Origin: an uncultured Gammaproteobacteria bacterium
GTDB lineage: Bacteria > Patescibacteriota > Microgenomatia > Levybacterales > UBA12049
Length of the DNA: 64,000 nt
Reading direction: 5' to 3'
Assembly (NCBI GenBank): GCA_965230895.1
Contig: OZ246394.1
Span: forward strand, 712,627-776,626
Every line of letters begins with the position of its first letter. The first letter of the stretch is position 1. Both the position numbers and the translations under genes were made by a program. Below are positions 19,433 to 28,514 of the stretch, piece by piece. The notes below the pieces were generated by a model that was not told the origin of the DNA, ran no database searches, and saw only the letters and a list, made by a program, of their open reading frames with translations.

Positions 19433-20437
19433 CTAAACTAATGCAATGAATATACCAAGTATCGCCAAGAGGAATCCAAGTAACCATGCACGCATTACAA
19501 TTTTTGGTTCTTCCCAACCCTTTTTAAGGAAATATAAATGCAAAGGAGCAACAGGAAGAAGCTTGCGACCAAGATATTTTTTCCCAAGCAATTGAATAAG
19601 AGACGAAGCGATTTCGATAACAAAGATTCCTCCGATAATCATAAGTGCAAATACTTTACCGGTCAGAAGTCCAGTTACCGCAAGCGCTGCACCTAACGAA
19701 AGCGATCCAACATCTCCCAGCCAAATACGTGCTTTGTAAATATTGAAGTATAAAAAGGCAGAAACACTCCCAATTAAAATTGCTAGAAAGATTCCGAGAG
19801 GTTGATCAAGTGTTACAGAATTAATTGCTAAGAATGCAAGCAAACAAATAATGAGTAACCCAGATGCTAAACCATCTAACCCATCAGTAATGTTAAATGC
19901 GTTAACAAAAGAGACAATGATAAATGCGGCAAAAGGAATAAAGAACATACCAAGGAACATTTGTCCTACTCCGTGGATAAAGATAAAGTTATATCCTAAC
20001 TGGAAATAAAAGACCCATGCAATAATAAGCGCAAGAATCCACTGAATAATAAATTTGTGTCTAAAACGAAGTCCGAAGAACTTTTCTTTCCCCGGAACCA
20101 TTTTCTTCAGATCGTCATAGAATCCAAGGATACCAAAGCTGACAAATGAGAAGAGGATCACAAAGACTTCCCAAGGATTACTCTTAATATTGAATATACC
20201 GTATGCCCACAAAGACCAGATCAGAACGACAACAATAATAAGAAGTCCGCCGCCGTATGGAGTTCCTGCTTTCCATGAATTAAATTTATCAAAAAGAGGT
20301 GTACGATTATCAAACATGTCTTTTGTAACCTGCTTTTGTCGACGAAGTTTGATCCGGTAGAGGAAGTCGATAAACGGCACAAGCAAGATTGCCGTGACGA
20401 AAGCAGACGATAGCATAAGCCCTAATAGTCGTATCAT
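19433..20437 (-). CDS. mraY: Phospho-MurNAc-pentapeptide transferase MraY
   Basis: KAGTPYGGG, GFYDD, NAFNITDGLDGLA, WLGDVGS, APLH. Confidence 0.96.
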   Translation of the reverse strand: MIRLLGLMLSSAFVTAILLVPFIDFLYRIKLRRQKQVTKDMFDNRTPLFDKFNSWKAGTPYGGGLLIIVVVLIWSLWAYGIFNIKSNPWEVFVILFSFVSFGILGFYDDLKKMVPGKEKFFGLRFRHKFIIQWILALIIAWVFYFQLGYNFIFIHGVGQMFLGMFFIPFAAFIIVSFVNAFNITDGLDGLASGLLIICLLAFLAINSVTLDQPLGIFLAILIGSVSAFLYFNIYKARIWLGDVGSLSLGAALAVTGLLTGKVFALMIIGGIFVIEIASSLIQLLGKKYLGRKLLPVAPLHLYFLKKGWEEPKIVMRAWLLGFLLAILGIFIALV

Positions 20438-20482
20438 TGCTACAATTATACTCTAAATTGCTTAAAATAGTAAATTGTTGTG

Positions 20483-20950
20483 TTATTGTGAGGTTTCTCC
20501 GCCGTAATTGAAGATCATTCTATACACATTTGTCTCTCTTTTTTGAAAGCCTAATTTCTCATATAAATTATTTGCGGAGTTTCGGTCAGAACGTGAAGTA
20601 CAGTCAGCATAAGCAGCTCCATTATCTTTTGCAAAGGCAATTGCATGTTTCATAAGAGTAGCACCCAACCCATGGCCACGATACTCTGCATCAACAATAA
20701 GATCTTCAAAATATGCTTTGCGGACATATGGAATCCTGTAGAGTAATACAAGAATCATTCCGATTATTGTGCCATTAGCATTCTTTGCAACAAATAAATT
20801 ATGCATAGGCGAGGCAATCATTTCTTCCACATCTTCATTGCTTAAATCTTGATAATTAGTCCCTATTTGTTTGGCAAGGTTTCGAAGTGAGTCAGCAGTT
20901 TCAGAAGAAAGAGAATCTAAACGTGTGATGGAAAACGTATTTTGACCCAT
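20483..20950 (-). CDS. GNAT acetyltransferase (GNA1-like motif pattern)
   Basis: AYFEDLIVDAEYRGHGLGATLM acetyl-CoA motif A; ANNLYEKLGF. Confidence 0.9.
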   Translation of the reverse strand: MGQNTFSITRLDSLSSETADSLRNLAKQIGTNYQDLSNEDVEEMIASPMHNLFVAKNANGTIIGMILVLLYRIPYVRKAYFEDLIVDAEYRGHGLGATLMKHAIAFAKDNGAAYADCTSRSDRNSANNLYEKLGFQKRETNVYRMIFNYGGETSQ

Positions 20951-20955
20951 ACGGA

Positions 20956-21726
20956 TTATTCTTTTGGCTCATTTGCCTTAATACTTTGATATAAGTTTTC
21001 CGCTTCTTGAAGTTCCTCTGGAGTATTTACTCCACGCCATGGAATTTCAACTTGAATCGTTTCTATTGTTTCACCCTGTTGCGCTGCGAGTTCAATCAAG
21101 CTAACAATATAATATTCACCAGTGACTGGGCTTTTCTTAATCTTCTTAAGATATTTTTTCAAAAATGCTGATGAGAAGAAATAGCATGCAGCATTAATTT
21201 CCTGAATTTTTCTCTGCTCTTCGGTTGCATCTTTTTCTTCAACGATTGAAGTAACTTTGCCATCTTTATCTCGGACAACGCGCCCTAAACCAAAAGGATT
21301 TGGAAGCTTTACCGTCAAAAATGTGACTGCAGCCTGACTATCAATATGTTTTGCAGCAAGTTGTGAGATTACTTCCTTTGTATAAAATGCAGAATCATCT
21401 CCATTGATAACTAAAACATCAGACACATGTTCTGGAACTTTTTTAAAACCGCTTGCTACTGCATGCGCTGTTCCAAGACGTTTTGTCTGCTCTGCAAAAA
21501 TAATATGTTTGTCGTCTTTCAATACTTCTTTAACAGATTCTTTTGCAAAACCGACCACAACAATAATGGAATCAAAGTACATATGTTCAAGAAGATCAAT
21601 CGAATGCTTAACAAGAGGTTTGTTCGCCAATTGAAAGGTCACTTTGTTCATGCCCTTTGCCTTCATGCGTTTTCCTCTTCCAGCCGCTAAAACTATGGCT
21701 CCTAAATTTCTTTTTTCTTTTGTCAT
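20956..21726 (-). CDS. glmU: GlmU-type uridylyltransferase, N-terminal domain only
   Basis: LAAGRGKRMK, QTKRLGTAHA, NGD, GRVVRD, IVEEKDAT, EIN, GEYY, GVNT; ends at 256 aa with no LbH domain. Confidence 0.85.
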   Translation of the reverse strand: MTKEKRNLGAIVLAAGRGKRMKAKGMNKVTFQLANKPLVKHSIDLLEHMYFDSIIVVVGFAKESVKEVLKDDKHIIFAEQTKRLGTAHAVASGFKKVPEHVSDVLVINGDDSAFYTKEVISQLAAKHIDSQAAVTFLTVKLPNPFGLGRVVRDKDGKVTSIVEEKDATEEQRKIQEINAACYFFSSAFLKKYLKKIKKSPVTGEYYIVSLIELAAQQGETIETIQVEIPWRGVNTPEELQEAENLYQSIKANEPKE

Positions 21727-23054
21727 TCTTCTTCAGTAACCCTTTCAATTGCTGCACCTAATTTGGTGAAACGAGTTTCAAAAGCTTCATATCCACGATC
21801 AAGCTTTTCAATACCAAAAATTGTCGATGTTCCTTTTGCTGCAAGTGCTGCTAAAACGATTGCTGCACCTGCTCGGATATCAAGTGTTGTCATTACCGCG
21901 TTATGCAAAGTGTTTGGACCTGTGATCTTTACTGCATGAAAATATTCTGGTTTGTCATCATCCAAATTATAATTATATACGGATTCAGGATCGCTCACTT
22001 CAGGATTAAATAGTTTTACTTTTGCACCCATTCGCTTAAGATCTTTTACGTAACCAAGTTTGTTTTCAAAAACAGTTTCGTGGATTATTGCTTCACCTTC
22101 TGCTTGAGTCATAAGAATCGCCCAAGGTGCCTGCCAATCAGTAAGGAATCCAGGATGAATTCCCGTTTCAACATCGACAGCCTTTAAGGTGCCATTCGCA
22201 AAGAACCGAATTCCATCCTCTTTCATTTCGTACCCAGCGCCAGTTGCTTTATACTTTTCCATGAATGCATCAATATTTGCTTTATGAGCATCTTTAACAA
22301 AAATATCTCCCCCTGTTATCACTGCGGCAATTGCAAATGTCGCAACTTCGATACGATCTGGACTGATAGTAACTTCAGCTCCATGAAGTTTTTTCGCACC
22401 GACAATTGTAATCTGACGATGTCCTGTACGCTTTACATTTCCACCCATTTGATTAATACATTCGATAACATCATTAATTTCAGGTTCTTCAGCGGCATTT
22501 TCAAGAACAGTTGTACCCTCAGCAAGTGCAGCTGCGATAATCATTGTTTCAGTTCCTGTGTGAGTACTCTTGGGGAAATGATAGTCGGACGCTTTCAGGC
22601 CATTTGTTTTTGCGTGAAAATAACCATCTTCACTGTGATAGGTAACCTCAACTTGCAGCTTTCCAACTCCTTCAACTGTTCTATCAATAGGCCGTGCACC
22701 AAGTCTACAACCGCCTGGATTTGGGATAATTGCTTCACCTGTTCGTGCAAGAAGTGGACCGATAAACATTGAAGAAGTTCGAGCACGTGCAGCTTTATCA
22801 AGAGGAATTGATGAATGAGCAAAAGCCTTCATCTGAACTGTAACCGTATGATCTTCGAGTTTCACATCAGCTCCAAGATCTTTCATGATATCTAACATTA
22901 CGAAGACATCAGCAATAAGAGGAACATTATGGATAATCACTTGCTCATCCGTGAGGCAAGCAGCTACAAGTACTTTTAATGCAGCATTTTTTGCTCCAGA
23001 AATACCTATTTCCCCTTGCAACTTATTTCCACCTTTAATTACAAATTTTTCCAT
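21723..23054 (-). CDS. murA: UDP-GlcNAc 1-carboxyvinyltransferase
   Basis: SGAKNAAL, PGGCRLGARP (catalytic Cys), PDRIE, HPGFLTDWQ, DIRAGAA, LDRGYE. Confidence 0.98.
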   Translation of the reverse strand: MEKFVIKGGNKLQGEIGISGAKNAALKVLVAACLTDEQVIIHNVPLIADVFVMLDIMKDLGADVKLEDHTVTVQMKAFAHSSIPLDKAARARTSSMFIGPLLARTGEAIIPNPGGCRLGARPIDRTVEGVGKLQVEVTYHSEDGYFHAKTNGLKASDYHFPKSTHTGTETMIIAAALAEGTTVLENAAEEPEINDVIECINQMGGNVKRTGHRQITIVGAKKLHGAEVTISPDRIEVATFAIAAVITGGDIFVKDAHKANIDAFMEKYKATGAGYEMKEDGIRFFANGTLKAVDVETGIHPGFLTDWQAPWAILMTQAEGEAIIHETVFENKLGYVKDLKRMGAKVKLFNPEVSDPESVYNYNLDDDKPEYFHAVKITGPNTLHNAVMTTLDIRAGAAIVLAALAAKGTSTIFGIEKLDRGYEAFETRFTKLGAAIERVTEEE

Positions 23055-23060
23055 AATTAT

Positions 23061-23762
23061 CTAATTTTTTCTTTCCGCCTCTTCTCTTCTCCACGCAACT
23101 GCTTCTTCTCCACGCGCCCATAAAACCTTCTTATCAGCAGGTGTTAATTTAAACGCTGCTGAAAGTATAACATCATTTGTTTCTTCCCACTCCCCATCAG
23201 TATATACAAAATGTGGCATTTGTCCATTATACGTTTGGATCTCGCCATTTTCATGCAAGATCCGTACTGATTGTAACACTTTACTAACAGGCAAATATTT
23301 TGGAATATATTTTGCATTGGTAGAGATTGCTCCACCAACAGTTCCCGGCAAACCTAATTGATATTCAAGCCCAGCAAGTCCCTCCTCAATAGTAAATCGG
23401 ACGAGCTGATTCATGTTCACACCTGATTCTGCATAGACAAGTATTTCTTGTACCCCCATCTGGCTTTGTTTGATGGAACCCTTCATACTCGCTTTATCAA
23501 ACCGTCGACAGTTATTTTTAATAACGAGTCCAGGCAAATCTTTTCCAGATTCTATTCTAGCACCACTCCCAAGTATTCGAACAGGGATTTTAAAATTTTG
23601 TGCTGCTTTAATAATCGTTACAAGCTCATTAATCGTATCAATTTCAAGGTATAACTCCACGTTGATATCAGCTTTTGTGATGGTATGTGTTGCCAATGAT
23701 TCGTTTTGCTTTACCCGTTTTTCTCCAATTAATTCTACAATCTTCCGTATGCTATCTGTCAT
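23061..23762 (-). CDS. murB: MurB-like protein, FAD-binding part only (C-terminal domain missing)
   Basis: LGSGA, AESGV, GLAGLE...LPGTVGGAISTNA; no QP..SAGS.FKN segment or C-terminal Glu region. Start at ATG 23762 overlaps the murC end. May be a relic. Confidence 0.75.
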   Translation of the reverse strand: MTDSIRKIVELIGEKRVKQNESLATHTITKADINVELYLEIDTINELVTIIKAAQNFKIPVRILGSGARIESGKDLPGLVIKNNCRRFDKASMKGSIKQSQMGVQEILVYAESGVNMNQLVRFTIEEGLAGLEYQLGLPGTVGGAISTNAKYIPKYLPVSKVLQSVRILHENGEIQTYNGQMPHFVYTDGEWEETNDVILSAAFKLTPADKKVLWARGEEAVAWRREEAERKN

Positions 23763-25173
23763 AAAAAGCCAATTTTGTGTGGATCGTGTAGATATCGCCT
23801 GCACCCATGGTTACAAGAACCGTATCTGATCGAAACTTGTTTTCGTTGATATATTTTACCACATCGTCCAAATTCTCAAGGTAAATTACTTCTTTATGAT
23901 GGTTACTTATTCCTATTGCTAATTGTTTTGAAGAAACACTTGGATCAGGTTTTTCTCGTAGTGATGCGTAAATATCTGTAAGGACAATTGTATCTACATC
24001 TTCGAAAACACGCAAGAAATCATTAAATAATTGCTTTGTTCGGGAATATGTATGAGGTTGAAAAAAGCACACAATTTTTTTCTTTGGATATTGCTTACGC
24101 AACGCTCCAAGAGTTTTCTTGATTTCTGTAGGATGATGCGCATAGTCATCATATACTTTCGCACCAGTTTGTAATTCCCCAATATATTCCAAACGGCGCT
24201 TTGAACCTTGAAACGCCAATAATCCTTTCCGTACCTTTTCAATAGACAATCCAACTTCTAAAGAAACGATTATTGCCGCAAGTGCATTGAGCGCATTGTG
24301 TTCTCCAGCGACACGAATCGCAAACTCGCCCAATGGAACACCGTACGATTTTACCCAAAAGAATGTTTGATCACCTGAGATCGTTGCGCGTTCTAAAATA
24401 TAATCATTACCAGCACCAAAACCATATGTGACTGCTTTCCGATCAAATTCTTTCAAGAGCATTCGAACTTCAGGATCGTCACCACAGGCAATGAGCAAAC
24501 CTTTAGGAGGTAAATTATTTGCAAACTCAAGAAACGTAGAACGTACTGCATCAGTTGAAGGATAAATATCAGGATGATCGTGCTCAATATTTGTGAAGAC
24601 GGCAAAAGTCGGATGCTGCCAAAGGAACCGAGCACGTCGATCGTGGACCGGTTCAGTAGCATACTCATCAGCTTCTGCTACAAAATATCTCCCTTTTCCA
24701 AGATAACCAGGAACACCAAGTGATTTTACGTCACCGGTTCCAATAATATATGACGGATCCATTCCATTCTCTTTCAAAACAGTTGCGATCATTGCAGTTG
24801 TTGTGGTTTTACCATGTGTTCCAGCAACCGAAATTCCAGTAAATTGTTCACCGAGGATTTCTCCTTTCATAAATGCACCTGTTGCCTCACCTGCCGACAT
24901 AACTGGTATTTTTTTAAGCTTTGCTGCATGGACTTCAATATTGTCATAGCCACCATGCGCACCTGTGGTAATAACAAAGTCAGGACTCTCGACATGTTCT
25001 GCTGCAAATCCTTTGAAGGGGGTAATGTTTGCTTTCTTTAGTGCGGCATCAGTAATGAATTCTTGATCAACATCTGAGCCAGTTACTTCATATCCTGCTG
25101 ATTTTGCAATCAGAGCAAGCGGCATCATATTTGTCCCTTTGATGCCTACAAAATGTATATGCTTCTTTTTCAT
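23752..25173 (-). CDS. murC: UDP-MurNAc--L-alanine ligase
   Basis: HFVGIKG, GSD, AGTHGKTTTT, EADE, NIEHDHPD, DDYAHHPTEI, FQPHTYSRT, MGAGDI. Confidence 0.97.
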   Translation of the reverse strand: MKKKHIHFVGIKGTNMMPLALIAKSAGYEVTGSDVDQEFITDAALKKANITPFKGFAAEHVESPDFVITTGAHGGYDNIEVHAAKLKKIPVMSAGEATGAFMKGEILGEQFTGISVAGTHGKTTTTAMIATVLKENGMDPSYIIGTGDVKSLGVPGYLGKGRYFVAEADEYATEPVHDRRARFLWQHPTFAVFTNIEHDHPDIYPSTDAVRSTFLEFANNLPPKGLLIACGDDPEVRMLLKEFDRKAVTYGFGAGNDYILERATISGDQTFFWVKSYGVPLGEFAIRVAGEHNALNALAAIIVSLEVGLSIEKVRKGLLAFQGSKRRLEYIGELQTGAKVYDDYAHHPTEIKKTLGALRKQYPKKKIVCFFQPHTYSRTKQLFNDFLRVFEDVDTIVLTDIYASLREKPDPSVSSKQLAIGISNHHKEVIYLENLDDVVKYINENKFRSDTVLVTMGAGDIYTIHTKLAFYDR

Positions 25174-25886
25174 AATAAACTTATAACACTAATGAATAAA
25201 CTATTTCTATCGCCTCTCCTGTATGAATAAAAACGTTTATCATGCAGCGTGCAAATATCTGAGATAGCAATATTTTCTTCAAGTATACCTTCTGCAAGCA
25301 GGTTTTGCAGGGCAACATTGCGTAGATCTAAATAGTATTTTCCATCTTTTTCTTCATATATATTTTTATATGTAGGGAATGTCTGTTTAAATTCAGTAAT
25401 AATCTCCTCGCTTACTTCATAACAATCTCTTTCGATACTTGGCCCGATACCCACAATAATATCATTCGGGTTGGAATCAAATGTAGCTTCGAAAGCGGCA
25501 ATTGTCTTAGTCAAAATGCCCGCAGACAATCCCCGTCTTCCAGCGTGAACTGCTCCAATAGCCTGTTTTTCAGGATCATAGAAAAAGACAGGCAGACAAT
25601 CGGCAGTTTTTATTGCTAAAGGTAATCCTTTCTTATTCGTAATCATTCCATCAGTCTGAGGAATCACTAACTCTCTATCGTTTTCAATTATTGCGATGTT
25701 CGTTCCATGAACTTGTCGCATACTGATCGGCATCTTAGGGAAATTTTGATCTTTAGCAAATTTCAATAAGTTCGCAGAATGAACGTCCCCATTTTCTTTT
25801 TTCATTGATCCAAATGCTTGTGTGGAGATTGCGTGCGATATTGCTGTGTAATCTGAAAAAATATCCAATTTTAAAACAGTATTCAT
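25170..25886 (-). CDS. pgeF: Peptidoglycan editing factor / purine nucleoside phosphorylase PgeF (YfiH)
   Basis: QVHG, TADCLP, HAG, GPSI..CYEV, CT...FYSYRR. Confidence 0.93.
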   Translation of the reverse strand: MNTVLKLDIFSDYTAISHAISTQAFGSMKKENGDVHSANLLKFAKDQNFPKMPISMRQVHGTNIAIIENDRELVIPQTDGMITNKKGLPLAIKTADCLPVFFYDPEKQAIGAVHAGRRGLSAGILTKTIAAFEATFDSNPNDIIVGIGPSIERDCYEVSEEIITEFKQTFPTYKNIYEEKDGKYYLDLRNVALQNLLAEGILEENIAISDICTLHDKRFYSYRRGDRNSLFISVISLL

Positions 25887-27130
25887 AAAAGCTTTCTCTC
25901 TTGTAAAGCAGTTTTTGCGGTTTCATTCTCATCCCAAGGTTCTTCACCGTTTCCGTAATTTATCGATTTTTCGTGACCTTTTCCGGTCATGATCACAACA
26001 TCACCTCGGCCTGCTATCTTAATAGCAAAATGAATTGCTTCTTTACGGTCTTTAATAATGAATACATATTTTTGTCCGCTTTTCAGGCCTCCACTTGAAG
26101 CAATCAATGTATGATCATGTACAATTTCAAAACGCTTATCGGTAATTCCTTTAAGAATTTCTGAATTAATATGGTCGATTGGCTCAGTTCTTGGATCTTC
26201 TGCTGTAACAACTATTACATCAGCATATCTTGATGATATCTTCCCCATTTCTGGCCTTTTGTATGTGTCTCTTTTTGCAGCTGCTCCAAAGACATGTATC
26301 AAACGATTCTTCGTAAGCTTTTTCACTTCCGGCAAAATCTCTGCAAAAGAATTTGGTGTATGGGCAAAATCATTAATTACCATGAAATCTTTTTTGTAAA
26401 GAATTTCTTGACGACCGGTTGGAGCTTTAAAGGTAGCAATTCCTTTTCGTATCAATTCTTCTGGAATATGTAATTGTTGCAAAGCAGTAATTGCAGCAAG
26501 ACAATTATATTTATTAAATTGTCCAAGCAATTTTGTCGTAAATTGAAATGTGTGAGGATTTACATCTGAATCCTTTTTCAATCCATATGTAATAATCTCT
26601 TCTTTACCTTTCAATTCTTTCTTCCGAATTTGCCAATATGAATGATCATCTTTATTCACTACTGCAACTTTTGCAGCACGGAGGAGTTTGGACTTCACAT
26701 GGACATAATTTTCATAGGTTTTATGATAATCCAAATGCTCTTTGGTCACATTGGTAATGACACCGACATCGAAATGAACTCCAGCAACACGATGCTGGTC
26801 TAAAGCGTGGGATGTCACTTCAAGAACAACATATTGCACGCCTTCACTTTTTGCTTTACGCAGATAGGATTGGAGAGCAAATCTTCCCGGAGTTGTTACA
26901 TGAAAACCGATATCACTAGCGTCACCGTTAATAATGGCGCCATTTGACGAAATTAAAGCAGCTTTATATCCGGCAGTAATTAAGCTGTGATAAATCAGAC
27001 TTGATGTCGTGGTTTTACCATCGGTTCCCGTTACACCTATAACCGTCATTCCACGTGCCGGGAAACGATACATTACATTGGCAATAATTGCTTGTCCTAA
27101 ATGATAAATGTTTTTAGTCTTTTGCCACAT
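25883..27130 (-). CDS. murE: MurE-type ligase (UDP-MurNAc-dipeptide:diamino acid ligase) lacking the N-terminal domain
   Basis: GVTGTDGKTTT, TTP, EVTSHALDQ.R, EHLDYH, DFAHTPNS, RD..KRP.MG, EDPR, GKGHE. Confidence 0.9.
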   Translation of the reverse strand: MWQKTKNIYHLGQAIIANVMYRFPARGMTVIGVTGTDGKTTTSSLIYHSLITAGYKAALISSNGAIINGDASDIGFHVTTPGRFALQSYLRKAKSEGVQYVVLEVTSHALDQHRVAGVHFDVGVITNVTKEHLDYHKTYENYVHVKSKLLRAAKVAVVNKDDHSYWQIRKKELKGKEEIITYGLKKDSDVNPHTFQFTTKLLGQFNKYNCLAAITALQQLHIPEELIRKGIATFKAPTGRQEILYKKDFMVINDFAHTPNSFAEILPEVKKLTKNRLIHVFGAAAKRDTYKRPEMGKISSRYADVIVVTAEDPRTEPIDHINSEILKGITDKRFEIVHDHTLIASSGGLKSGQKYVFIIKDRKEAIHFAIKIAGRGDVVIMTGKGHEKSINYGNGEEPWDENETAKTALQERKLL

Positions 27131-27131
27131 A

Positions 27132-27710
27132 TTATTTTAAGTAATGCCTCAGTAGCTCAAGAATTTTATCATAATATGTATAGTAAATATAACCTGTTAC
27201 AACTAAAAGAGCTGGGAATATAATGTACTTTTCTGTAAATGTTCCTGTAGTAACTCTGAGTGCTCGAACTGGAGGGATTCCAAAACTCATAGGTATCGGC
27301 AAAAGCCAAGGAACTCCTTCCTTCGTAAAAGTATCCATGACCAAATGAGAAACAAATCCAATCATAAACGCCCACCATACAATCTCTACATTAATATTGG
27401 GAATACTTGGCTGAAGAAATTTTAAGAAGAGATTGAAAAGTACACCAAACACGACTACCCCTAAAATTGAATGCGAAACGAATCGATGACCTCCAAGAAG
27501 TTTTCCAAAAAACTTTCCAAAGATATTCATAATTGGAAGATTTCTCCAAAAAGGTGCTGTAGACTGATCAATATCAGGCGCAATACCCCCAACCATGTTT
27601 GCAGCAAGAGCAACAATCGCAGTACCCATGGTAATCTCGGGTAAGGGGTGAGAAACAACAACGACAGAAAGTGCGGTAAATGCAGCCAAATCATGCGTTC
27701 TTCCTGTCAT
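27132..27710 (-). CDS. YdjM-family membrane-bound metal-dependent hydrolase
   Basis: MTGRTH, PDID, HRFVSHS, SHLVMDTFT..GVP. Confidence 0.9.
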   Translation of the reverse strand: MTGRTHDLAAFTALSVVVVSHPLPEITMGTAIVALAANMVGGIAPDIDQSTAPFWRNLPIMNIFGKFFGKLLGGHRFVSHSILGVVVFGVLFNLFLKFLQPSIPNINVEIVWWAFMIGFVSHLVMDTFTKEGVPWLLPIPMSFGIPPVRALRVTTGTFTEKYIIFPALLVVTGYIYYTYYDKILELLRHYLK

Positions 27711-27782
27711 AATAACCAGTATAGCAAATTTTGATGAGCTATCCCAATCCTGATGAACTTGTCTTAGGGAGGTGAATGTGAG

Positions 27783-28136
27783 ATGCTTAAGCCGATTATG
27801 AAGCTGCTAAACAAAACGAGAGAGACTACATTGGCAGAACAGATTATTGAAGCGAAATCATTTCGTGATCAAACGCTTGGGCTTCTCGCGTACGAAACTC
27901 CTGTAGCAATGCTTCTCAAAAGTAGTTTTGGAATCCATACGTTGTTCATGAAATATCCGATTGATGTGTTGATTTTAGACAAAAATAACAGAGTAGCAGC
28001 GTTAAGGAAACGCATGCAGCCAAATACGTTCTTTGTCTGGAACCCTTTGCATCGGACCATAATCGAGCTTCCTGAAGGAACAATTGCTATGACAAAAACT
28101 GTTTTACAAGATGAGCTTTTATTTATCCAAGGGTAA
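27783..28136 (+). CDS. DUF192 family protein
   Basis: GLL, IHTLFMKYPIDVLILD, IELPEG; SD-like GGAGGTG 8 nt upstream. Confidence 0.8.
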   Translation: MLKPIMKLLNKTRETTLAEQIIEAKSFRDQTLGLLAYETPVAMLLKSSFGIHTLFMKYPIDVLILDKNNRVAALRKRMQPNTFFVWNPLHRTIIELPEGTIAMTKTVLQDELLFIQG

Positions 28137-28180
28137 GATAATCGCTAGCAAACAACATAAAATCTGATATAATCACTTGT

Positions 28181-28510
28181 ATGAAACCGCAAATAACCTA
28201 CGATGATTTCATAAAGTTAGATATCCGAGTTGGAACCGTAATCAATTGTGAAGAGAAAGAAGGTTCAGACAAACTCCTCCGATTAACAGTAGATTTTGGT
28301 GAACTTGGAACTCGAAATATCCTCTCTGGGATTAAGCAATGGTATAAGCCATCTAATTTGAAAGATAAGCAATTCGTTTTCGTTTTTAATCTTGCTCCAC
28401 GAAAAATGATGGGTGAAGAATCCCAAGGCATGATACTTGCTGCTGAAGGGAAAAAACCACAGCCACTGAAGCCAAAAGCTAAAGTGCCAGCTGGATCACC
28501 AATACTGTAA
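28181..28510 (+). CDS. Stand-alone tRNA-binding OB-fold protein (Trbp111/CsaA/MetRS C-terminal type)
   Basis: ITYDDFIKLDIRVG, DKLLRLTVDFG, NLAPRKMMGEESQGMILAA. Confidence 0.92.
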   Translation: MKPQITYDDFIKLDIRVGTVINCEEKEGSDKLLRLTVDFGELGTRNILSGIKQWYKPSNLKDKQFVFVFNLAPRKMMGEESQGMILAAEGKKPQPLKPKAKVPAGSPIL

Positions 28511-28514
28511 ACCA

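Noticed and set aside
20956-21726. Calling the stand-alone nucleotidyltransferase MurU or RmlA
   Set aside because: Its motifs (LGTAHA, IVEEKDAT, EIN, GEYY, GVN) are GlmU-type. MurU-like activity is kept only as a hypothesis.
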